From Psychrobacter sp. DM4 (GTDB lineage Bacteria > Pseudomonadota > Gammaproteobacteria > Pseudomonadales > Moraxellaceae): a stretch of DNA of 32,000 bases. The stretch's first letter is position 1. Each line of letters starts with the position of its first letter. This document shows positions 17,093-24,256 of the stretch, one piece after another. Made by a program: the position numbers and the translations under genes. The DNA is taken from the NCBI RefSeq assembly GCF_051307035.1, contig NZ_CP195536.1:1590001-1622000 (forward strand), given 5' to 3'. Below the pieces are notes generated by a model, which did no database searches, was not told where the DNA came from, and saw only the letters and a program-made list of their open reading frames with translations.

Positions 17093-17920
17093 TCAACTAC
17101 TTTTATTTAAATTAAACACTGACCAGATAGGCGCATGGTCAGAGGGTTTTTCCATAGCTCGTAGCTCGTAGCTGACGCCTGCATCTACGCAGTGTTCGAT
17201 TAAGTCTTGAGTACACAGAATATGATCAATGCGCATACCGCGTTTGGGATCATCGTTAAAGCCGCGACTGCGATAATCGAACCAGCTATAAAAGGCCTCA
17301 CTATCTGGGTAATGCAAACGATAAGTATCAGTGAGTTTACGCGACATCAATGTCTCGTACCATTCGCGCTCCTCTGGCAAAAACGAGGTCTTGCCTTGCT
17401 TAAGCCAGCGTTTGGCATTAGCCTCACCGATACCAATATCGATATCCTCTGGAGCGATATTCATGTCTCCCATGACGATCATGGTACGGCCCTCGTTCTT
17501 TAGCATATCGACATAATCGATCAAATCAGCATAATAAGCACGCTTCATTGGGAACTTAGTCGGATGGTCTCGGCTCTCGCCTTGCGGGAAATAGCCATTT
17601 AGTACGTCAATTTCACGACCCTCTATAACATAGCGCGCGTGAATAAAACGTTTTTGATCGTCAGCACTATCGCCCGGAAATCCTTTTTGCACAAATATAG
17701 GGGCAACTTTTGAGAGTAGAGCGACGCCGTAATGTGCTTTTTGCCCAAAATATTCTACATGATACCCAAGGCCCTCTATATTCTTTAGCGGGAACTGCTC
17801 ATCATGGACTTTGGTCTCTTGTAAGCCCATCACATCGGGATCAATAACGGCTTGTACTGCCTCTAACTGATGCTGGCGGGCGCGAATACCATTAATATTG
17901 AAGCTAACAAAACGGGTCAT
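17093..17920 (-). CDS. xthA: Exodeoxyribonuclease III (AP endonuclease, EEP fold)
   Basis: 275 aa. Contains FVSFNINGIRAR, GLQETK, MGDMNIAP, WFDYRS, RIDHIL and SDHAP, the full set of ExoIII/APE1 catalytic motifs. Confidence 0.92.
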   Translation of the reverse strand: MTRFVSFNINGIRARQHQLEAVQAVIDPDVMGLQETKVHDEQFPLKNIEGLGYHVEYFGQKAHYGVALLSKVAPIFVQKGFPGDSADDQKRFIHARYVIEGREIDVLNGYFPQGESRDHPTKFPMKRAYYADLIDYVDMLKNEGRTMIVMGDMNIAPEDIDIGIGEANAKRWLKQGKTSFLPEEREWYETLMSRKLTDTYRLHYPDSEAFYSWFDYRSRGFNDDPKRGMRIDHILCTQDLIEHCVDAGVSYELRAMEKPSDHAPIWSVFNLNKSS

Positions 17921-17953
17921 ACTTTTTCCTATAAGATAATGAAGCGATATATT

Positions 17954-17994
17954 GCTCAGATAATCTGCTTACTCAGTTATTTACTTATCTGAGC
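17954..17994. repeat. 10-bp perfect inverted repeat in the xthA / thioesterase divergent promoter region
   Basis: GCTCAGATAA (17954-17963) and TTATCTGAGC (17985-17994) are separated by 21 nt. A TATAAT hexamer lies at 18012-18017, facing the thioesterase gene. Confidence 0.4.
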
Positions 17995-18107
17995 CACTCA
18001 AATGCTGTCCGTATAATAACAGAATTGCGTGTTGCTAGCTGTTGCGCGCCTCTAATGCGTAGGCTAAAGTACACGATAATAACGTTGACCAATCTATCGA
18101 GAATTTT

Positions 18108-18668
18108 ATGAATCAGACTAATAACGATACCGCCTCTAGTGCCGTCAAAGAAGCAGCCCCTCCTCTATTCGCAACGAACTATCACATCTATATCAATCAT
18201 ACAGATGCTGGCGGTATCGTCTATCATGCCAATCATTTAGTATTTTTCGAAAATTGTCGCCGCGATTGGTTTACCAAAATAGGTATTAACGGTTATTTTT
18301 TAGAAAATGATAACGGTCAAGTACAGCATTTTGTCGTCAGCCAAGCCGCCCTTCAGTATCGCCAAGCTATTTTCTTGGACGAAGTTATCAACGTACGTAT
18401 CGACAAAGTTGAGTTAAGACCAGCTAGTATTATCTTTTATCAAAGTATTTATCGAGCGCAGAGTGCTACGCTTTTGAGTAGCGCCAAAATCGTCATTGCT
18501 TGCGTACAGAATCAATTAAGCACTAGTGCTACCTCACCTTCTTCAAAAGATAAATCAGACATCATAACGCCAGTTGCAAATGTGGCATCCGTGCGGCCCG
18601 TTCGCGTTCCAAAAAGTCTTTGCCTTGTTATTGATCAGGCGATAGCGACTCATGAGTCAAAGCATTAG
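18108..18668 (+). CDS. Hotdog-fold acyl-CoA thioesterase (4HBT/YbgC-like) with terminal extensions
   Basis: 186 aa. The core YHIYINHTDAGGIVYHANHLVFFENCRRDWF matches the 4HBT/YbgC catalytic N-terminal region (Asp plus backbone). There is a ~20-aa N-terminal extension and a ~50-aa S/T/P-rich C-terminal extension. Confidence 0.7.
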   Translation: MNQTNNDTASSAVKEAAPPLFATNYHIYINHTDAGGIVYHANHLVFFENCRRDWFTKIGINGYFLENDNGQVQHFVVSQAALQYRQAIFLDEVINVRIDKVELRPASIIFYQSIYRAQSATLLSSAKIVIACVQNQLSTSATSPSSKDKSDIITPVANVASVRPVRVPKSLCLVIDQAIATHESKH

Positions 18669-18703
18669 CTTACATAGCGTTCCACTGATAAATATCGAGA
18701 TTC

Positions 18704-18734
18704 AAATAGGCTACTTCAAGCTAGTAGCCCATTT
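18704..18734 (+). terminator. Terminator-like hairpin after the thioesterase gene
   Basis: 12-bp stem with one mismatch, AAATAGGCTACT (18704-18715) / AGTAGCCCATTT (18723-18734), with a 7-nt loop. Only a short T-run is present and it lies inside the stem. Confidence 0.4.
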
Positions 18735-19197
18735 GTATACTACCCGTATGTTCGTTTACAAATATGTTTACTTCTTTAGTTCATAGACGCTCTTTTCTAG
18801 CATCGTCTGTGTCTGACTTAGTTTTCCATTACAAATTCTATTCCCTTTTTGTCATAAGCTTGGTAAGTATAAATGTTCATCGACTAGTCATATACTTTAT
18901 ATCTTGGTGGTAAATGCGCTATCCAATTGTGAATGACTACGGAGAAAGACAAAGGACATTTTGTCTACTAACGATAACCGTTTATCCGAGTATTATTGCT
19001 TCACAAAATAATTTGATAATCAATATAAATTACAAACCGAACAGTGTTAAGATACATTCTCTAGCGCAATTGTAGTTATGTTAATTTGTTGCTTAAGTAT
19101 GTCTTTGTATTATCTAGTCTTTATTTATAGACGATAAATTTAGACGACTCATATCTATAGACACTCTATTTCGATTATCTTTTATGGGACACTGATT

Positions 19198-20895
19198 ATG
19201 ACAGTGAACAAACCTTGGCTTGCTCAATATCCTAGTAATGTACCAAAGACCATTGATCCAGATCAATATAGTAGCTTGATTGATCTTTATGAAGAGAGTT
19301 TTTCGCGCTTTCGCTTACATCCTGTGAGCGTCTGCATGGGTGTTACTCATACTTACGGTGATGTTGATGATGCTTCTCAGGCAGTAGCAGCATGGTTGCA
19401 AGCGCAGGGTTTACCGCAAGGAAGCGTGATTGCTCTAATGATGCCAAACGTACCGCAATATCTACCTATCATGATCGGAATACTGCGTGCCGGCTACGTC
19501 TGTACGCCAGTCAATCCTTTGTATACAGGTCGCGAATTGCGTCACCAACTTAACGACTCTGGCGCCACGGCGATATTCGTTGTCGATAATTTTGCTCAAG
19601 CACTAGAACAAGTCGTTGATGAGACTAAAATTAAACATATTGTATTGTCGAAGATGGGCGATATGATGGGACTTAAAGGTATTTTGGTCAATACGATCAT
19701 CCGCAGAGTTAAGCGTTTGGTGCCCAAATACAAGCTTAACGACCCTAAGCATGAAGTCACCAAGTTCCCTGACGTCCTTAGACGTGGCAGGAATTTGCCT
19801 TTTCAAAAGCCAACAATGGTTTTAGAACGAAAAGCATTTTTGCAATACACAGGCGGTACTACAGGATTATCAAAAGGCGCTATCTTATCGCAGCGTAACG
19901 TCGTCTCAGCAGCATTACAATCTGAAGCGTGGACGCGTCCTATAACCTCGGAGATTGATGAGGTTTATATTAATATGGTCATGGCTCTACCGCTTTATCA
20001 TATTTTTGCCTTTATGCTAAGCTTGCTTGCCATGCGCTCAGGATATACCTTTATATTGGTACCCAACCCTCGAGATATTCCAGGGTTTATAAAAACCTTG
20101 TCTAAACAGCCCTTCCATGTATTTCCTGCGGTTAATACCTTATTCAAAGGGTTGCTTGATAACCCCAATTTCAGTAATCTTGATTTTAGTGCTTTACGTA
20201 TCTCACAAGCAGGTGGTATGGCAGCTACTCAGCAAACTGCTGAACGCTGGCTTGAGGTCACAGGCTGTGCAATGATCGAAGGTTGGGGTATGACCGAAGG
20301 CGTCGCTGCGGGTACTGCCAATATCGTAACCGATCGTAAGTTCAATGGTACTATTGGCCTACCTGTCCCTAGTGTTGATGTCATCATAATTGATGAAGAA
20401 AGTAATCGTGTTGGTATAAATGAGGCAGGCGAGATGTGTATCAAGGGTCCTAACGTCACTCTTGGTTACCTAAATAAAGACTCAAGTGAGGACTTTACCA
20501 AGGATGGTTATTTCCGTACTGGTGACATTGTGAGTATGAACGAGCAAGGCTATATCAGACTACTTGATCGCAAAAAAGATATGATATTGGTGTCAGGATT
20601 CAACGTTTATCCCAATGAGATTGAATCAGTTATGTTAGATTGTGACGGTATTACGGACTGCGCTGTGATAGGTATCGCTGATGAGCGTCAAGGAGAAGCG
20701 GTCAAGATTTATGTGATACGCACCGATGCTAACGTCACTAAAGATATTGTTAAAGACTTTGCACTGGATAATTTGACAGGATACAAGTGTCCGCGCTACA
20801 TCGAGTTCGTAGATGAGCTACCTAAGAGCAATGTAGGCAAGGTACTACGTCAAAAGCTACGTGAAAAACATTTAGCTGATCATCCTCAGCCTTGA
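19198..20895 (+). CDS. fadD: Long-chain fatty acid-CoA ligase (FadD-like, ANL superfamily)
   Basis: 565 aa. The N-terminus KPWLAQYPSNVP resembles E. coli FadD. The AMP-binding P-loop is YTGGTTGLSKGA. Also present are GWGMTE, YFRTGDI and the C-terminal PKSNVGKVLR lysine motif. Confidence 0.88.
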   Translation: MTVNKPWLAQYPSNVPKTIDPDQYSSLIDLYEESFSRFRLHPVSVCMGVTHTYGDVDDASQAVAAWLQAQGLPQGSVIALMMPNVPQYLPIMIGILRAGYVCTPVNPLYTGRELRHQLNDSGATAIFVVDNFAQALEQVVDETKIKHIVLSKMGDMMGLKGILVNTIIRRVKRLVPKYKLNDPKHEVTKFPDVLRRGRNLPFQKPTMVLERKAFLQYTGGTTGLSKGAILSQRNVVSAALQSEAWTRPITSEIDEVYINMVMALPLYHIFAFMLSLLAMRSGYTFILVPNPRDIPGFIKTLSKQPFHVFPAVNTLFKGLLDNPNFSNLDFSALRISQAGGMAATQQTAERWLEVTGCAMIEGWGMTEGVAAGTANIVTDRKFNGTIGLPVPSVDVIIIDEESNRVGINEAGEMCIKGPNVTLGYLNKDSSEDFTKDGYFRTGDIVSMNEQGYIRLLDRKKDMILVSGFNVYPNEIESVMLDCDGITDCAVIGIADERQGEAVKIYVIRTDANVTKDIVKDFALDNLTGYKCPRYIEFVDELPKSNVGKVLRQKLREKHLADHPQP

Positions 20896-20928
20896 TATCT
20901 TGATATTCAAAGCTTGTGTCCAATTAAT

Positions 20929-20962
20929 AAGCACCTTACAGTCTATGTATGGTGCTTTTTTA
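20929..20962 (+). terminator. Rho-independent terminator after fadD
   Basis: Stem AAGCACC (20929-20935) / GGTGCTT (20951-20957) with a 15-nt loop and a T6 run running to 20961. Confidence 0.55.
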
Positions 20963-20980
20963 TTTATGCTATGAGCTGAT

Positions 20981-21850
20981 TTAACTTACCTTGGTAACGA
21001 TCTTTAAGGGTAAGTACTTCATCGCTGGACCGACGATAGACCAAGGTAGGCTTGGTACATAAGCTTGAGCCGCTCCTGACTCTATAGCCGCCACGATAGC
21101 TTTAGATCCTTTATCAGGGCTGACTTCAAACGGTAAAGGCTTAGCATTTTCGTTAATTTCAGTGCGGATATATCCTGGGAAAATAGTTGAGACGGTAATC
21201 GGTAAGTTCTCTAGCAACATGTCAGCGCGAATTCCTTCAGCCAAGTGAGCAATACCCGCTTTACTAGCACCATAGGTAGTCATATGTTTTGGCAGGCCGC
21301 GCATCGCTGACATGCTCGATATCACTACCAGATGACCGCTATTTTGCTTACGAAATATTTTCATGGCGGCCTCACACTGTGCTAATGCTGATATAAAGTT
21401 GATCTCAGCAGTGCGCTTGTTGATGTTAAAGCGTCCTTTGCCTATGCGGCGACTCTCACCAACACCGGCGTTCACCACTACCCGATCAATACCACCAAAG
21501 TCTGCAACAAAAGCATCAAAGACGGTAAAAATAGCATTATAGTCGGTCACATCCAATCCTCGGTACTCAACACGGATATCAGGGTACTTATCCAAGATAT
21601 CGCTTTTTAACTGCTCTAGGCGGCTGGTACGGCGAGCACAGATCGCTAAATTGTAGCCAAGATTAGCGAACAGCCATGCCATGCCTTCACCAAGTCCTGA
21701 GCTGGCACCTGTGATCAAAACGGTTTTGCCATAACCGATTTGCTGCTTATTGAGTCGAGCTAGATAGCGTCCAGGTTTGAGTGCACTAACCCATTGCGCT
21801 TTACGGTTCTTGGCTGTTTGCCTTATTAATTTTACTAATGTACTTTGCAT
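20981..21850 (-). CDS. Classical short-chain dehydrogenase/reductase (SDR)
   Basis: 289 aa. Contains TGASSGLGEGMA (TGxxxGxG), NAGV and the catalytic YGASKAG (YxxxK). A ~40-aa basic N-terminal extension precedes the Rossmann fold. An AAGGAG Shine-Dalgarno precedes the ATG. Confidence 0.85.
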   Translation of the reverse strand: MQSTLVKLIRQTAKNRKAQWVSALKPGRYLARLNKQQIGYGKTVLITGASSGLGEGMAWLFANLGYNLAICARRTSRLEQLKSDILDKYPDIRVEYRGLDVTDYNAIFTVFDAFVADFGGIDRVVVNAGVGESRRIGKGRFNINKRTAEINFISALAQCEAAMKIFRKQNSGHLVVISSMSAMRGLPKHMTTYGASKAGIAHLAEGIRADMLLENLPITVSTIFPGYIRTEINENAKPLPFEVSPDKGSKAIVAAIESGAAQAYVPSLPWSIVGPAMKYLPLKIVTKVS

Positions 21851-22053
21851 AGAGCGCTCCTTGTATATCAGTACGACTACGATACTTAAATATAGTCTTA
21901 TTACGGCGAAAGTGTACGGCTAAAAAAGGACATTGTAGTATGATTTTGCGCGCAATTGAACGGCAATTGTGTGTAGCACACTATATTCTCTCAGATATCT
22001 AAGTATTCACTTAACATGGATAGTATCCTCTGTTACTGTTAACTTCGCCAAAA

Positions 22054-22815
22054 TTATCGCCAAGTAACAAAACGCTCACCTTCAGCGAATAGATGACTGT
22101 GCTCATTTAAAGACAACAGCCGCGCGCCATTTTTATGAATAGTGATAGCCGTCACACCTGTATTGATAAGCTTCCTATTCAAGGCATAGGCGAGCTGACT
22201 GCCCTGCTCTAATAGTTGCGCGCTTATCGCTGCTATAACCCCGCCAGAAGTAAATACGACCACTGTACTATCGTGACTCAGATCATCTCGTTCTGCTATC
22301 TGTGCCCGTATTTGCTCAAGTCCACTTTGAGCGCGCTTATTGAACTGTGCCCAACTCTCAATATAATCACTATCGTTATCGCCAGCATGCCAGCGTTGCA
22401 TAGCCTCATCAAACAACTCTGCTAGACGTGCGTTAGGTACGTCAGCTTTGGCAATCTCGGCAGAAATAGTGCCTTTATTACCAAAAGCGGCGTTGGATTT
22501 GACAAATACATCTTTATGATTGAACTCATCGAATACTGGCAGTATTGAGTTTTGTGCATTTTGAGAGTTATAGATACTATCAGATAGTGCGGTATGGCTC
22601 TGTTTGAATGAGGACTGATAATGTGTCCAAAAATGCTGGGCGGACTCTCTTTGTCTTATTAGATTGCCACTGTATATAGCATCAATACGGCGCTGCGTAG
22701 CACCATAGTGTGACCCGAGCAGCTTTGCTTGGGTAATACCGAGATCAGAGAGCTTGTCATAGTTCTCTTGTCCAAAAGAGGCTTGGCCATGGCGTACGAG
22801 CAAGATAGTTGTCAT
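22054..22815 (-). CDS. Histidine-phosphatase-superfamily (PGAM-like) protein, atypical
   Basis: 253 aa. The N-terminal LLVRHGQASFG carries the RHG nucleophile motif, and NLIRQRESA fits the second Arg region. The segment that normally reads (V/I)SHGG reads VVFTSGGVIAAI here. Confidence 0.75.
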   Translation of the reverse strand: MTTILLVRHGQASFGQENYDKLSDLGITQAKLLGSHYGATQRRIDAIYSGNLIRQRESAQHFWTHYQSSFKQSHTALSDSIYNSQNAQNSILPVFDEFNHKDVFVKSNAAFGNKGTISAEIAKADVPNARLAELFDEAMQRWHAGDNDSDYIESWAQFNKRAQSGLEQIRAQIAERDDLSHDSTVVVFTSGGVIAAISAQLLEQGSQLAYALNRKLINTGVTAITIHKNGARLLSLNEHSHLFAEGERFVTWR

Positions 22816-22830
22816 AGTAATAGTGCCTAT

Positions 22831-22859
22831 ATATTGTTGTATTTGATATTGTTGTATTT
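22831..22859. repeat. Tandem 14-nt direct repeat upstream of the histidine-phosphatase gene
   Basis: ATATTGTTGTATTT occurs at 22831-22844 and again at 22846-22859 (period 15), 16-45 nt upstream of the minus-strand start at 22815. Confidence 0.7.
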
Positions 22860-22884
22860 ATTTGATGTATGTCCCTATATCCAT

Positions 22885-22922
22885 AAACAAAAACCAGCGA
22901 GCTACTGTTAACTCACTGGTTT
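22885..22922 (-). terminator. Rho-independent terminator after the ACAD-kinase gene pair
   Basis: 10-bp stem with one mismatch, AACCAGCGAG (22892-22901) / CTCACTGGTT (22913-22922). On the minus strand it is followed by TTTTTGTTT. It starts 22 nt after the kinase stop at 22944. Confidence 0.65.
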
Positions 22923-22943
22923 GTCTTCTACATTTTTGACAAG

Positions 22944-24215
22944 TCAGCTGTCGGCAGATTTATTAGATTCTGACTCAAAATACCCTTTTGGTAATACGCT
23001 TCTGATTACCTTTTGTATAGGTGATGGCAATTGTTCGACCATCGCTGCGTCCACGCCAATCTCTTGTAAATGCGGCTGTACACGACTCGTAAATAATGCC
23101 TCGCCTTCATACTTTGCAATGAGCTTAAGACACTTGGCATGTAACACATGAACGATAATCCAAAAATTCTTAAAAGCAGGATTTTTAGTCTGTTTATGGT
23201 AGTAGCGATAATATATCTGTTGAATGATACCCGCCAAACGAAACAAACCGAACACTTCATAAAATGTCCAATTATCGACTTTGAGCCCCGTTTGCTTGAG
23301 ATAGTAGTCAACCACTTCATCACGAGTCATCATACCCTTTAAATGTGTAGGCTGACGACGTGATTGCTGCATAATGACATTGTCATCGACTTCAATCCAA
23401 TATGCTAGCGCACTGCCTAAATCCATCAATGGATCGCCAAGAGTCGCCATTTCCCAATCAAGTACACCGATGACCTCAGTTGGATTGTCCGCATTCAAAA
23501 TAACGTTGTCAAAGCGCCAGTCATTATGAATAACGCACGTTTTGATATCACTTGGCGTGTGAGTAGTCAGCCATTGACGCACAAGAGCGAAGCTTGGCAC
23601 ATTAGGTGTTTTAGCTTTAACATAGCGCTTGTTCCAGCCGCTCACTTGACGCTCACAGTAACCCTCGCCGCGACCTAATTCAACCAAATCAGGATGATCT
23701 CTGTAGTCTACTTGATGAAGCTCAACGAGTGCATCGATAACATTAGTACATAAGGCTCGCGTTTGAATGACACTAAGCTCAATCTCCTTTGGCAAATTAG
23801 CTCTTGGAATGATGCCCTCCATACGCTCCATTACATAAAAGTTAGCACCGATAATGTTCTCGTCAGTACACAGAGCGATCATCTTTGGGACATAGGGATA
23901 GGCATCCTCTAGCGCCTTTTGTACCGTAAACTCACGCACCATGTCATGAGCAGATTTTGCCTTAGTGCCCTTTGGAGGACGACGCAAAATTAGGTCTTGA
24001 TTATCATACTCTAGGCGATACGTCCAATTGGACGCGCCACCTGAGAATTGAGTAACGACAGGCTTACCTTTGATATCAATGCCTTGATCGCGTAGCCATA
24101 TACTGACCGCTGCTGCATCTAGCTCCTCGCCTTCGCGAATCTCGCCACCTTTATCCAATACTTTGGAATCTGTATCGCTATGCTCACTTTCACTGTGCTT
24201 ATTACTATCAACCAT
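22944..24215 (-). CDS. APH/ChoK-family phosphotransferase (ACAD10/11 kinase-domain-like, LvaA-like)
   Basis: 423 aa. Contains the nucleotide-binding region FSGGASNWTYRL, the Brenner catalytic loop VIHNDWRFDNVIL and the metal-binding VLDWEMATLGDPLMDL. An acidic ~30-aa N-terminal extension and a ~60-70-aa C-terminal extension are present. A GAGGGA Shine-Dalgarno is present, and the start lies 41 nt downstream of the ACAD gene. Confidence 0.8.
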   Translation of the reverse strand: MVDSNKHSESEHSDTDSKVLDKGGEIREGEELDAAAVSIWLRDQGIDIKGKPVVTQFSGGASNWTYRLEYDNQDLILRRPPKGTKAKSAHDMVREFTVQKALEDAYPYVPKMIALCTDENIIGANFYVMERMEGIIPRANLPKEIELSVIQTRALCTNVIDALVELHQVDYRDHPDLVELGRGEGYCERQVSGWNKRYVKAKTPNVPSFALVRQWLTTHTPSDIKTCVIHNDWRFDNVILNADNPTEVIGVLDWEMATLGDPLMDLGSALAYWIEVDDNVIMQQSRRQPTHLKGMMTRDEVVDYYLKQTGLKVDNWTFYEVFGLFRLAGIIQQIYYRYYHKQTKNPAFKNFWIIVHVLHAKCLKLIAKYEGEALFTSRVQPHLQEIGVDAAMVEQLPSPIQKVIRSVLPKGYFESESNKSADS

Positions 24216-24256
24216 CTGATGTCCCTCGTTCTTTTTATATGTGCCTAGGCTATTTT

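Noticed and set aside
21946-21955. 10-bp perfect palindrome TTGCGCGCAA plus adjacent GCAATTG direct repeats in the spacer between the phosphatase-fold gene and the SDR gene. Considered as an operator.
   Set aside because: It is short, a single occurrence and GC-palindromic, with no second half-site pattern. I cannot distinguish it from chance without comparative data.
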